The notes: a model not told the origin generated them from the letters alone. A DNA stretch of 64,000 nucleotides from SAR86 cluster bacterium AG-313-N18 (GCA_003283765.1 QBVY01000005.1:6826-70825); one strand, 5' to 3'; positions 26,863 through 36,572 are shown, counted from the stretch's first letter. Numbers and translations: made by a program.

Positions 26863-28782
26863 CTATTTTTCAAGAACGAGAAGGGTAGCTCCGTTGTCAA
26901 CTTGATCATTAAGTTTAATCATCACTTTAGCTACCTTGCCTGTCTCAGTTGCTTTAATTGCATGTTCCATTTTCATTGCCTCAATAATTACTAAAGTATC
27001 CCCAGCTTTTACTTTACTGCCTTTTTTAACCTTTACATCAATAACTTTTCCAGGCATTGGAGCTATCAAACCCCCCTCAGGGACGTCATTACCCGGTTCT
27101 ATGAACCTAGGTAGAACAGATGCATTAACGTCTCCAAACGGCATGTTAATAGTGATTTCACTGCCTGCCTCAGTTACATGAGCATAAAATCTGTGAGAGT
27201 CTATCTCCACATCAATGCCAGCAATATCACAATGGTAAATTTCACAAATGGAGCCCATAACCTCATATAAATTATCTTTATTTAATTTATATTGCACTTC
27301 TATCTCATCTTGTATAAAAAGCAACTTAACCCTTTGAAGCGGCATTCTTCCATTGGTCCAGTTTGCAGGCATAAAACCTGTAACAGGGTCAGAGACTCTA
27401 TTTTGTTGTGCCAGCCATAAAGCAAGCGCTGTTGATGTTTGATGAAGCTCATTTACAGAAAGATTCTTTTTAGTTTCCAAAGCTTCGCGTTCAATAAAGT
27501 CTGTTGTTGTATTTCCGGTTATGAAACTTTCATTTCTTAAGCAAGAAATTAAAAATTGACGATTTGTTATTACACCTCCCATGTGAGCTCTTTCAAGTCC
27601 ACGTGCCAATTTATTTGCAGCATCAATTCTATTAGGTGCCCAAGAAATAACCTTAGATAGCATTGGATCAAAATCTGTTCCAATGACACTACCTTCTTCC
27701 ACCCCTGAATCCCATCTTACCTCTGAAGCTAGACTAGTATCATATGCGTGCAATGTTCCTATTTCAGGTAAAAAGTTATTTCCAGGATCTTCAGCATATA
27801 ATCTTGCTTCAATTGCATGTCCATGCCAATCAATATCATCTTGGGCAAATTCAAGCTCATCTCCTCTAGCTATCTTGATTTGCTCAGCAACCAAATCTAT
27901 TCCTGTAACTTCTTCTGTAACTGGGTGCTCAACTTGCAGTCTAGTATTAACCTCTAAAAACCAGAATTCATCTGTTTTATCATCAAATAAAAATTCAACA
28001 GTTCCTGCAGAGCAGTATTTAATTTTTTTAGCTAATTTAACAGCTGCTTGACCCATCTCCTCTCGTAAAAATGGGTCAATTCTTGGAGAAGGCGACTCCT
28101 CAATAATTTTTTGATGTCTTCTTTGTATGGAGCATTCTCGTTCTCCCAAATGAACGACATTACCGTGTTCATCACCTAAGATTTGTATTTCAATATGACG
28201 CGATTTTTCTACATATCTTTCTATAAAAATTCTGTCATCACCAAAACCTGAGAGAGCTTCTCTTTTGGCGCTTATGATCGAATCTTTTAATTCACTTTCT
28301 TTTTTAACAATTCGCATTCCTTTACCACCACCTCCAGCGGCAGCTTTAATCAAGATCGGGTAGCCAATACTTTTTACATCTTTGGTATTTGAGGTCATTG
28401 GCAGAGTGGGAACCCCAGATTTTTCAGCTAGTTCTTTAGCTTTTAATTTGTCACCCATTACTTTGATTACATGAGGGGATGGACCAATCCAAATTAATTT
28501 ATTGCTTTTAACTTTTCTTGCAAAGGCTGCATTTTCTGATAAAAATCCATATCCTGGATGAATTGCCTCTGCTCCAGATTTTATAGCCGCATCAATTATG
28601 GCAGAACCATCCATGTAGCTAGAAGATAACTTGATGGCTTCATCAGCCATCTTTACAAATGGAGCATCCTTATCAGCATCAACAAAAACAGCTATACATT
28701 TAATACCCATAAATTGAGCGGTTTGCATGATTCGACATGCAATTTCTCCCCGATTAGCAACAAGAATTGAATTACACCTCAT
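26863..28782 (-). CDS. Biotin-dependent acyl-CoA carboxylase alpha subunit (biotin carboxylase + BCCP; MccA/AtuF-like)
   Basis: 'ILVANRGEIACRI', ATP-grasp 'GGGGKGMR' and the C-terminal biotinyl-Lys motif 'IIEAMKMEHAI'. Confidence 0.9.
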   Translation of the reverse strand: MRCNSILVANRGEIACRIMQTAQFMGIKCIAVFVDADKDAPFVKMADEAIKLSSSYMDGSAIIDAAIKSGAEAIHPGYGFLSENAAFARKVKSNKLIWIGPSPHVIKVMGDKLKAKELAEKSGVPTLPMTSNTKDVKSIGYPILIKAAAGGGGKGMRIVKKESELKDSIISAKREALSGFGDDRIFIERYVEKSRHIEIQILGDEHGNVVHLGERECSIQRRHQKIIEESPSPRIDPFLREEMGQAAVKLAKKIKYCSAGTVEFLFDDKTDEFWFLEVNTRLQVEHPVTEEVTGIDLVAEQIKIARGDELEFAQDDIDWHGHAIEARLYAEDPGNNFLPEIGTLHAYDTSLASEVRWDSGVEEGSVIGTDFDPMLSKVISWAPNRIDAANKLARGLERAHMGGVITNRQFLISCLRNESFITGNTTTDFIEREALETKKNLSVNELHQTSTALALWLAQQNRVSDPVTGFMPANWTNGRMPLQRVKLLFIQDEIEVQYKLNKDNLYEVMGSICEIYHCDIAGIDVEIDSHRFYAHVTEAGSEITINMPFGDVNASVLPRFIEPGNDVPEGGLIAPMPGKVIDVKVKKGSKVKAGDTLVIIEAMKMEHAIKATETGKVAKVMIKLNDQVDNGATLLVLEK

Positions 28783-30437
28783 AATCTAAATACCCCGTAC
28801 TCTTTAGCACCATCTATTGAAGAGTTAGAAACTATAGATAGGCAAAATCCAATAACGCTTCTAGTATCTCTTGGATCAATAATGCCATCATCTGTAACCA
28901 TGCTGCTTGCAACAAGACCCTCTGACATTTGATCTGACATTTGCTCAACTGTCTCTACGATTTGAGCATCAAGTTTTTCATCAAATTTTTCACCTTTTCT
29001 TGCTGCTTGACCCCTTCGAACAATCGACATTACTCCAGCAATCTGCTTCGAACCCATAACAGCAATTTTTGCTGTGGGCCAGAGAAAAGTGAATCTATTG
29101 TTATATGCTCTGCCTGACATAGCGTATGTACCTGCACCAAATGAAGCACCAATAATAATTGTGATATGAGGCACATTAGAGTTAGACACTGCATTTATAA
29201 GCTGAGAGCCTTTTTTAATAATAGCCTGTCTCTCGAAATCTTTTCCTACTAAAAACCCCGTGACATTTTGAAGAAAAATTAGCGGTATGTTTCGTTTATT
29301 GCAAAGTTGGATAAAGGTTGCTGCTTTTTCAGCACTTTCCGGATAGATGGGACCATTATTTCCTAATATACCAACAGGATATCCGTGAAGCATTGACCAT
29401 CCGCAAATCATAGTTTTACCATAAAGAGGTTTGAACTCTTCAAATCTTGATCCGTCAACAATTCGACCAATCACTTCCCTAATATCAAGAGGGCTTTTGA
29501 GTTCTTCATCAACAAGACCTAGTAATTCTTCCTCAGATAAACTTGGACTATCAGCATCTGAAATAGGCGAGGGACCCTCTTTAATCCAATGTAAATGTGA
29601 GACTACATTTCTGCATAATCTTAGAGCATCCATCTCATCTTCAGCTAGATAATCTGATAGACCTGAAACTTCTGAATGCATTTTTGCACCACCCAAGGTC
29701 TCATCATCTGATACTTCACCAGTAGCCATTTTGACTAGAGGAGGTCCTGCAAGAAAAACTTTGGCTTGATCTTTAATAAAGATATTGTAATCAGACATAC
29801 CTGGTTGATAAGCACCACCGGCAGTTGAAGAACCAAAAACAATTGATATTACCGGAATGCGCATTTTAGAAAGCTCTGTAAGATCGTAAAAATATCTTCC
29901 AGTTGCTGCAAAATGAGTATGACCTATGGTGGGTGCGATGGGTGGTTGATCTCCTTTCTTACCGGTACCCATTCGAAGATCTCCTCCTGCAGATTCAACA
30001 AAATTAATATAGGGCAAACGGTTATCTCGAGCGATTTCCATTGCCCTGTTCCATTTTTCTCCAACATAAACCGTCATGGCACCAGCTAAAACCGAAGGAT
30101 CATTAGCAAAGATTACACATTCAGTACCGGCAACAATCCCAATTCCAGCAACACATCCACCACCCACTGTGAAGTCTGTTCCATAAGCAGCAAATGGAGA
30201 AATCTCCAGGAAGGGCGTATCAGGATCGAGTAAATTAAAAACCCTTTCTCTTACAGGCATCTTGCCTCGTTTTGCTAATCTTTCGTGATGATAAGCTCCG
30301 CCTCCTAATTCAGCTTTGTCTAAAAGCTCATCAAGGAAATTTATTTTCTTTAACATCACATTTTTGTTATGAATAAATTCATCAGAATTGATATCAATAT
30401 TTGTTTGTATTTCAGGAGCAATATTTTTTCTTGGCAT
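28779..30437 (-). CDS. Acyl-CoA carboxylase carboxyltransferase beta subunit (MccB/AtuC-like)
   Basis: 'LLDPDTPFLEISPFAA', 'FVESAGGDLR', 'GSSTAGGAY' and 'FLQNVTGFLVG' carboxyl-transferase blocks. Overlaps the alpha start by 4 nt. Confidence 0.9.
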   Translation of the reverse strand: MPRKNIAPEIQTNIDINSDEFIHNKNVMLKKINFLDELLDKAELGGGAYHHERLAKRGKMPVRERVFNLLDPDTPFLEISPFAAYGTDFTVGGGCVAGIGIVAGTECVIFANDPSVLAGAMTVYVGEKWNRAMEIARDNRLPYINFVESAGGDLRMGTGKKGDQPPIAPTIGHTHFAATGRYFYDLTELSKMRIPVISIVFGSSTAGGAYQPGMSDYNIFIKDQAKVFLAGPPLVKMATGEVSDDETLGGAKMHSEVSGLSDYLAEDEMDALRLCRNVVSHLHWIKEGPSPISDADSPSLSEEELLGLVDEELKSPLDIREVIGRIVDGSRFEEFKPLYGKTMICGWSMLHGYPVGILGNNGPIYPESAEKAATFIQLCNKRNIPLIFLQNVTGFLVGKDFERQAIIKKGSQLINAVSNSNVPHITIIIGASFGAGTYAMSGRAYNNRFTFLWPTAKIAVMGSKQIAGVMSIVRRGQAARKGEKFDEKLDAQIVETVEQMSDQMSEGLVASSMVTDDGIIDPRDTRSVIGFCLSIVSNSSIDGAKEYGVFRL

Positions 30438-30458
30438 TTTTATTTAATAAAATTGAGT

Positions 30459-30484
30459 GGTAATATAATATACAAATAATTACC
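30459..30484. promoter_or_regulatory. Palindrome GGTAAT-N14-ATTACC, candidate operator upstream of the carboxylase operon
   Basis: Read directly: GGTAAT 30459-30464, 14-nt AT-rich spacer, ATTACC 30479-30484. It lies 22 nt upstream of the beta-subunit start (30437) and 55 nt upstream of the divergent GST start. Identical half-sites and spacing recur at 32318-32343. Confidence 0.5.
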
Positions 30485-30538
30485 ATTTTTGAAATTAATT
30501 TTAAAAATTATGACTTTTCTATTTTTTAGGAGAAAATA

Positions 30539-31162
30539 ATGAGCATCAAAATTTATAGCTGCAATGATTCTAGAGGTTTAAGGCCAATGTGGACTGCAGA
30601 GGAGATGGGAGTAAGTTATGAATCTGAAATGATGCCATTTCCTCCAAGGTTTTTGCATAAAGAATATATGGATGTAAATATTCTTGGCACCATTCCGTAT
30701 TTAATTGATGGCGAAGTAGAAATGACAGAATCAGTTGCTATGTGTCAATATTTAGTTGAAAAATATGGTCCTACCGAGTTGAAAGTTAATAGTGATGAGG
30801 CTGATTTTCATCATTATTTAAATTGGCTTGCTCACTCAGATGCTACTCTAACCTTCCCTCAAACCGTTGTCTTAAGGTACACATTACAAGAAGTTGGTGT
30901 TGCGGATAAGGCTGCAGAAGGTTATAGAAGATGGTTTGTTGCTAGATTGAAGTTGTTGGAGCAAACCTTGGGATCAAGAGAATACTTGTGTTCAGATAGA
31001 TTTACCATTGCAGATATATGTGTGAGTTATGCAATATATTTAGCTAAGTCGCTTCAAATAGACGAGGCATTTAAGCCTAATATCAAACGCTGGACAGATA
31101 TGCTTTTTGATAGGGATGGATTTAAAAGAGCTGTATCTATTCGATATGTGGAACCTGAATAA
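30539..31162 (+). CDS. Glutathione S-transferase family protein
   Basis: Thioredoxin-like N-domain ('KIYSCNDSRGLRPMWTAEE', 'GTIPYLIDGE..MTESVAMCQYL') plus a helical C-domain. Confidence 0.8.
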   Translation: MSIKIYSCNDSRGLRPMWTAEEMGVSYESEMMPFPPRFLHKEYMDVNILGTIPYLIDGEVEMTESVAMCQYLVEKYGPTELKVNSDEADFHHYLNWLAHSDATLTFPQTVVLRYTLQEVGVADKAAEGYRRWFVARLKLLEQTLGSREYLCSDRFTIADICVSYAIYLAKSLQIDEAFKPNIKRWTDMLFDRDGFKRAVSIRYVEPE

Positions 31163-32302
31163 TTAATCGCCAACAAAATTAGATAATCTTTCATAGGCTT
31201 CAATAAAGTCCTCTTTAAATTCTTGCACAACATCGCTTGCTGAGATTGTCTGATTCATCAATCCTACGCCTTGACCTACCCAGTAAGTTGAAAGCTCTTT
31301 GGCGCCTTCATGTCCGCCTTCTGCTAATTTATTAACTTTCGCTAAAGCTGGTTCTGCCACCATGGGTTGAAGAGGCAGTGGAAGTGGCTCAGGAGCTCCG
31401 TCTGTCTCCCATGCCTTTGTCCATTCAGATACAAGCTGTCTTGAGTGCTTACCTGTTCTGCTTCTTGATCTAGTAGTTTGACTTGAAGTTGCCGCTACCA
31501 TTTTCTCTTTAATTACGGGCGGAACTTCAGACTCAGCTGTTGTTAACCATACAGACCCACACCAAGCACCTGATGCCCCCATACTCATTGCAGCTGCCAT
31601 TTGTCTTCCAGTTGCGATTCCTCCTGCGGCAAGAATTGGAACGTCGCCATAGGGCTGAATAGCTTTATGAACTTCAGGGATTAAGACCATGGTAGAAACG
31701 CTGCCACAATGACCGCCAGCTTCCGTACCTGAAACAACCAAAATATCTACACCTGCTTTAACTTGATTGATCGCGTGTTGTGCTGTGCCTAAAAGAGCAG
31801 CAACTTTTACATCATTGTATTTGCCCATTTGTACCATCCAGTCGGGTGGAACGCCCAATGCATTTGCAATTATTTTAATTGGGTGGCTGAATGCAACATC
31901 CAGTAAAGCTTTTGCACCATCTTCCTTAGTGTTTTCAGCCATGTAAGTTGCAGCAGGTTTAATTGTTCTTAATTCATCAGCTTCAATATCATGCTTCTCT
32001 AAGATGTCTGCTCTAAAATCTGCATATTCTTGAGGAATCATCGAGGTTAATTTTTCAGCATCAAATTTTTTATTTTGATCTGCCATTTTATTAGGGATTA
32101 ACACATCCACGCCGTATGGAAGCCCATCGATATGATCATCAATCCACTTCAGCTCTTCTTCAAGCTCGTCAGGAGTCATCCCAACTGCGCCTAGCACGCC
32201 GCATCCACCTGCTTTTGATACTGCTACAACAACATCTCTACAGTGAGTAAATGCAACAAGAGGGAATTCAATATCAAGAAGTTCGCAAATCTTTGAGTTC
32301 AT
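31163..32302 (-). CDS. Nitronate monooxygenase (NMO / 2-nitropropane dioxygenase / FabK-like) family flavoprotein
   Basis: 'FPLVAFTHCRD', 'GGCGVLGA', 'DILVVSGTEAGGHCG' and 'ILAAGGIATGRQMAAA' TIM-barrel FMN motifs. Confidence 0.8.
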   Translation of the reverse strand: MNSKICELLDIEFPLVAFTHCRDVVVAVSKAGGCGVLGAVGMTPDELEEELKWIDDHIDGLPYGVDVLIPNKMADQNKKFDAEKLTSMIPQEYADFRADILEKHDIEADELRTIKPAATYMAENTKEDGAKALLDVAFSHPIKIIANALGVPPDWMVQMGKYNDVKVAALLGTAQHAINQVKAGVDILVVSGTEAGGHCGSVSTMVLIPEVHKAIQPYGDVPILAAGGIATGRQMAAAMSMGASGAWCGSVWLTTAESEVPPVIKEKMVAATSSQTTRSRSRTGKHSRQLVSEWTKAWETDGAPEPLPLPLQPMVAEPALAKVNKLAEGGHEGAKELSTYWVGQGVGLMNQTISASDVVQEFKEDFIEAYERLSNFVGD

Positions 32303-32317
32303 TATTTTTCCTTTATC

Positions 32318-32343
32318 GGTAATAGACTGATTTTTATATTACC
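32318..32343. promoter_or_regulatory. Second copy of the palindrome GGTAAT-N14-ATTACC, upstream of the NMO-family gene
   Basis: GGTAAT 32318-32323, 14-nt spacer, ATTACC 32338-32343. It lies 16 nt upstream of the NMO start (32302) and 67 nt upstream of the divergent luciferase-like gene. Confidence 0.5.
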
Positions 32344-32409
32344 ACTCGGGATACACAAATTGGAATACATCCATCATAATCATTCATGATTAAGTGGAAA
32401 TAATTCAAT

Positions 32410-33426
32410 ATGAAAAAAATTAAAATCGACTGTTCAATGATTACTAGAGATCCAGCAGAAGCTTCAAAAGCTAGCAAGGAGCTAGAAGATCTTGGATACG
32501 ATGGCGCTTATACTTTTGAAGGACCACATGAACCATTTCTTCCTCTTGCAGCCGCCGCTCTTGCTACAGAAAAGTTAGAACTCTTAACCTCAATAGCAGT
32601 CGCATTTTCTAGGAACCCTATGACTTTAGCTAATATTGGCTATGATCTTCAGTTGATGTCCAAAGGGAGATTTACACTCGGTATAGGGTCCCAAATAAAA
32701 CCTCATATTGAAAAGAGATACTCTATGGCATGGTCTTCACCTGCAAAACGGATGAAAGAAATGGTTGATGCTATCAAAGCTATTTGGGGGTGTTGGCATG
32801 AAGGCAAAGATCTGGATTTTAGAGGCGAGTTTTACCAACATACTCTTATGACTCCTATTTTTAATCCGGGAGAAAATCCATTTGGTCTTCCGAAAATATA
32901 TGTTGCAGGCGTGGGACCATTAATGACTCAAGCTGCAGCTGAATCTGGTGATGGATTTATTGTGCATCCTTTTCATACAACTAAGTTTCTTGAAAATATT
33001 ACCTTGCCATCTGTAAAAAAAGGACTTGAATTATCAACGTCAAAAGAATTTGATATTTCACTGGGTGTCATGGTTGCAACGGGTACAACCGATGAAGAAA
33101 TTGCCAAGGCAAGGGATGCCTGCAAGGCACAAATTGGGTTTTATGGTTCTACTCCTGCCTATAAAGTAGTTTTAGAGCAACATGGCTGGGAAAGTATTCA
33201 GCCAGAACTTAACAACCTGACTAAAAAAGGATTGTGGCAAGATATTCCAAATCTTATTTCAGATGAAATCTTAGAGAGCATCGCAGTGACTGGAACCCCT
33301 GACGAAGTTTCAAAAATAATTTTTGATCGATATGGTTCTATTGCTTCAAGAATAGCCCCCTCTATTTTCTCAGGGGATCCTGAGGTAACCAAAGCATTAA
33401 TTCATGCATTAAAAGAAAAATTATGA
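32410..33426 (+). CDS. Luciferase-like (LLM class) flavin/F420-type oxidoreductase
   Basis: TIM-barrel LLM pattern 'GYDGAYTFEGPHEPF', 'GRFTLGIGSQ' and 'GDGFIVHPF'. 338 aa. Confidence 0.7.
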   Translation: MKKIKIDCSMITRDPAEASKASKELEDLGYDGAYTFEGPHEPFLPLAAAALATEKLELLTSIAVAFSRNPMTLANIGYDLQLMSKGRFTLGIGSQIKPHIEKRYSMAWSSPAKRMKEMVDAIKAIWGCWHEGKDLDFRGEFYQHTLMTPIFNPGENPFGLPKIYVAGVGPLMTQAAAESGDGFIVHPFHTTKFLENITLPSVKKGLELSTSKEFDISLGVMVATGTTDEEIAKARDACKAQIGFYGSTPAYKVVLEQHGWESIQPELNNLTKKGLWQDIPNLISDEILESIAVTGTPDEVSKIIFDRYGSIASRIAPSIFSGDPEVTKALIHALKEKL

Positions 33427-34454
33427 GCAAATCTTTTCTTGGGAGATTAATGCTCGATCTGGATGGAGCCTCGCTTACTCAAGAAGAAAATAAATTACTG
33501 CTCAATCCACACGTAGGGGGCGTGATTTTATTTGCAAGAAATATCTCTTCAAGAGATCAAGTTCAAGAGTTATGCGGAGAAATAAGAAAGATCAATCCAA
33601 AGCTTCTTATTGCAGTAGATCAAGAGGGGGGAAGGGTTCAGCGTTTAAAAGAAGGCTATACAATTTTGCCGACTATGCAAAAACTATCTGCATTTTTAAA
33701 TTCAGATAGTGATAAAAACTTTCCGTTTGCAACCGATCTAGGTTGGTTGATGGCCTCAGAGGTGCTTGCATCTGGATTAGATATAAGTTTTGCACCTGTT
33801 TTAGATCTAGATAATTCTAGAAGTTCTGTTATTGGAGATAGATCAATAGGCGATGATCCAGAGCAGGTTATTGCTGTTGCAAGCGCCTTTATTGAGGGCA
33901 TGAATCAAGCGGGAATGCAGGCCACTGGTAAGCATTTCCCAGGACATGGTGGTATCTTTGCTGACAGCCATCTCACTTTTTCTCAAGATATCAGATCTTT
34001 ATCAGAACTTGAGAGCCATGACTTGCTTCCTTTCGATGCTTTAAAGCATCAACTTGGCGGGATAATGACGGCTCATATATCTTTTATAAATATTGATAAA
34101 GAGATAGCAACCTTTTCAAAATTTTGGTTGCAAGATATTTTAAGAAATAAAATGAGATTTACCGGAATAATCTTTAGTGATGACCTCTCAATGAAGGGCT
34201 CAGATTATGTTGGAGGCATTGAAGCCAAAGTGGGCAAGGCATTAGAGAGCGGTTGTGACATGGTATTGATTTGCAATGATCGACCTGCAGCTATAAAGGC
34301 AATCAATTTTCTAGAGAAAGAAAAGATTTCTCAGTCACAAAAAGTAACTAGATTAAAAGCTTCAGAATCAATTTCTTGGGCGGACTTGGAAAATGACGCA
34401 AGAAGAATAGATATAATAGATAAATTAAATATCATAGAAAAATTAAAGTTATGA
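33423..34454 (+). CDS. nagZ: Beta-N-acetylhexosaminidase (GH3)
   Basis: 'GGVILFARN', 'IAVDQEGGRVQR', 'KHFPGHG' and 'FSDDLSM'. Overlaps the upstream stop by 4 nt. Confidence 0.85.
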   Translation: MSKSFLGRLMLDLDGASLTQEENKLLLNPHVGGVILFARNISSRDQVQELCGEIRKINPKLLIAVDQEGGRVQRLKEGYTILPTMQKLSAFLNSDSDKNFPFATDLGWLMASEVLASGLDISFAPVLDLDNSRSSVIGDRSIGDDPEQVIAVASAFIEGMNQAGMQATGKHFPGHGGIFADSHLTFSQDIRSLSELESHDLLPFDALKHQLGGIMTAHISFINIDKEIATFSKFWLQDILRNKMRFTGIIFSDDLSMKGSDYVGGIEAKVGKALESGCDMVLICNDRPAAIKAINFLEKEKISQSQKVTRLKASESISWADLENDARRIDIIDKLNIIEKLKL

Positions 34455-34930
34455 CCTCTTTGCCAGACCTATCTGATCAACATTCCGAGAAAATTCAAAT
34501 CGGCAAACTTGCATTGCAATCCTTTGGGAGCAGGCATTCAATTGCTGGAGAGATTTATACAGTTTCTTGTTCAGATGATAACTCTGTTGTGAAGGAAGCT
34601 CTCTCTCGAGAGGGAAAAAATAAAGTTTTAGTTATTGATGCCTCTGGTGTAACTCATGCCTCCATGATTGGAGACCAAATTGCAGAATCTGCAGTAAAAA
34701 ATAATTGGACTGGAATTGTCGTTAATGGCTGCGTTAGAGACGTTGAGGAGCTGAAGAATCTTCCTATAGGTATCTTTGCTAAGGGGGTGGTTGCTCAAAA
34801 AACAAATAAAAAAAACCATGGTTTTGAAGATGTGTTAATTTCATTTGGAAGCGTGGTTATGACTTCAGGGAAATGGATTTACATTGATCAAAACGGGTGG
34901 TTAGTTGCAGACAATAAGCTAGAACTTTAA
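34451..34930 (+). CDS. rraA: RraA family protein (RNase E regulator / HMG-aldolase-like)
   Basis: 'KVLVIDASG....MIGDQIAESAVKNNWTGIVVNGCVRD'. 159 aa. Confidence 0.8.
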   Translation: MTSLPDLSDQHSEKIQIGKLALQSFGSRHSIAGEIYTVSCSDDNSVVKEALSREGKNKVLVIDASGVTHASMIGDQIAESAVKNNWTGIVVNGCVRDVEELKNLPIGIFAKGVVAQKTNKKNHGFEDVLISFGSVVMTSGKWIYIDQNGWLVADNKLEL

Positions 34931-35800
34931 ATCTTTAAACGTTTGTTGTTTTTCTAACCAAATTGCATCAACAAATGTTTGGAAGCTCTTCCTGTAATCA
35001 TCTTCTTCTTCATAAGATCTATTTTTAAGGTTTTCGGGTAAAGCATAAGTCTTTGCCACAACTTTTGCTTTGCTTAAGTCGCCGCAAAGAAAGTCCCATG
35101 TCGATCTTTTTTGAGTTGCATACACTACTGTAAAATCAATCAAAGTATTCACTTGAGGCATTCCTGATAAAGCAATAGCCAGAGCTCCTACTTTTGGCTT
35201 TAATAAATTAGAGTAGGGGGACTCCTGTGCAGAATGCTTTTCCGAAGTAAATCTAGTCCCTTCAGCAAAGCTAAATGCTGAAGAGGGATTTCTAGAAAAC
35301 CTTTTTGCAGCTTTCTTTGCATTCTCATAATCAACCCTTTTTAATTCTGGATTTGCTTGAATTTGAGCTCTCGAATGCCTATATAAAAATGGCATATCTA
35401 CTGTTTTATGTACTAAATAAATAATTGGTATCCATTGCAATTCCTTTTTCATAAAGAACTTTAGAAGGGGTATTTTTTTATGACCTGCAGCCAATAAAAT
35501 AAATATATCAGCCCATGATTGGTGGTTACTCATAGCAATGTACCAAGTCTCAGTATTCACATCCTTAGGTATTTGGAAGTCCCATTCAAGCTTATGCAAT
35601 ATTCTTAAAGCCGAGGTAATGCTAGCGACAGTCGCGCTACCCATTTCATTTGAAATGGAGCCTAAATAAATCTTCAAATTTTTATTAGGAATAATTCTAG
35701 GAATATTTGTGATTGAAAGGGGGATTAACCACAAACTGAGAATAATTAAAATTGCAAAAAAGGTCAGGATACCTATAAAAAATCTTTTTAATTTACCCAT
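34919..35800 (-). CDS. Acyltransferase (PlsC/lysophospholipid acyltransferase family, membrane-anchored)
   Basis: N-terminal TM segment, HX4D motif 'NHQSWADIF' and 'FAEGTRF'. Confidence 0.7.
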   Translation of the reverse strand: MGKLKRFFIGILTFFAILIILSLWLIPLSITNIPRIIPNKNLKIYLGSISNEMGSATVASITSALRILHKLEWDFQIPKDVNTETWYIAMSNHQSWADIFILLAAGHKKIPLLKFFMKKELQWIPIIYLVHKTVDMPFLYRHSRAQIQANPELKRVDYENAKKAAKRFSRNPSSAFSFAEGTRFTSEKHSAQESPYSNLLKPKVGALAIALSGMPQVNTLIDFTVVYATQKRSTWDFLCGDLSKAKVVAKTYALPENLKNRSYEEEDDYRKSFQTFVDAIWLEKQQTFKDLKF

Positions 35801-36572
35801 GTGACTTTATTTTAACCCAAAATTCTTCAAGCTCATCTGAGGTTAGATTGCCTATTTCCTGATTATCTTTAGCAATCTCTTCTTCCATCAAACTAAAGCG
35901 TTTTACAAATTTGTGATTAGCTTGATTAATAGCTTCACTTGCATCGATTTCTAAGTGTCGACTTAAATTAACGATAGAAAATAGTAAATCTCCTAATTCT
36001 TCTTGGCTATTTTCTTTATTATTTTGCTGGATCTCATGTTTGAGCTCTTTTAACTCTTCCTCAACTTTTTTGATCACATCAATGCTTTCTTTCCAATCAA
36101 AACCTTTTTTGCTGGCTTTTTTTTGTATTTTTTTTGCTTTTAAAATTGGGGGTAATGACGCAGGTATATCATCAAAAGTATTGCGAGTATCCTTTGGTTT
36201 TTTTTCTTGTGCTTTTATTGCATCCCATGCTTGGGTTTGCTCTTTAGCAGAAAGAGGCTTTGAGGCTCCATCAAAGACATGAGGATGTCTTCTAATCAAT
36301 TTATTATTTAATAAATCAACTATCTCATCAAAGTTAAATAACTCTGTCTCATTGGCTATCTCTGCATGAAATATAACTTGAAGTAAAACATCTCCAAGCT
36401 CCTCTTTAAGATTTTCATAATCTTTGTTAGCGATTGCATCTGAGACCTCATATGCTTCTTCGACAACGCAAGGAGAGAGCGATTCAAAAGTCTGCTCAAT
36501 ATCCCATGGGCATCCATTATCCTTATCTCGAAGCATGCGCATTGTCTCGAGTAAGGTTTTTATTGAGGACAT
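35793..36572 (-). CDS. mazG: Nucleoside triphosphate pyrophosphohydrolase
   Basis: 'CPWDIEQTFESL....EEAYEV' and 'EELGDVLLQV', then a second 'EELGDLLFSIVN' repeat. This is the tandem MazG domain architecture. Confidence 0.85.
   Translation of the reverse strand: MSSIKTLLETMRMLRDKDNGCPWDIEQTFESLSPCVVEEAYEVSDAIANKDYENLKEELGDVLLQVIFHAEIANETELFNFDEIVDLLNNKLIRRHPHVFDGASKPLSAKEQTQAWDAIKAQEKKPKDTRNTFDDIPASLPPILKAKKIQKKASKKGFDWKESIDVIKKVEEELKELKHEIQQNNKENSQEELGDLLFSIVNLSRHLEIDASEAINQANHKFVKRFSLMEEEIAKDNQEIGNLTSDELEEFWVKIKSHG

Noticed and set aside
27683-28051. Antisense ORFs of 60-122 aa inside confidently assigned genes. Examples: 27683-28051 and 26936-27181 in the carboxylase alpha gene, 39497-39865 and 38972-39247 opposite the Zn-ADH, 38050-38409 opposite an ACAD, 18820-19170 opposite prc, and 7968-8270 opposite the HisF-like gene.
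   Set aside because: Each lies fully within a longer ORF that has strong family motifs on the other strand. Their translations are low-complexity (Ser/Pro/Leu-rich) with no recognisable motif. They are most simply stop-free antisense frames of genuine coding sequence.
32410-33426. Calling the luciferase-like protein F420-dependent, which would imply F420 biosynthesis in a gammaproteobacterium.
   Set aside because: LLM-class proteins cannot be assigned a cofactor (FMN versus F420) from the motifs visible by eye. No F420 biosynthesis genes are in the window. It is kept as a generic LLM oxidoreductase.
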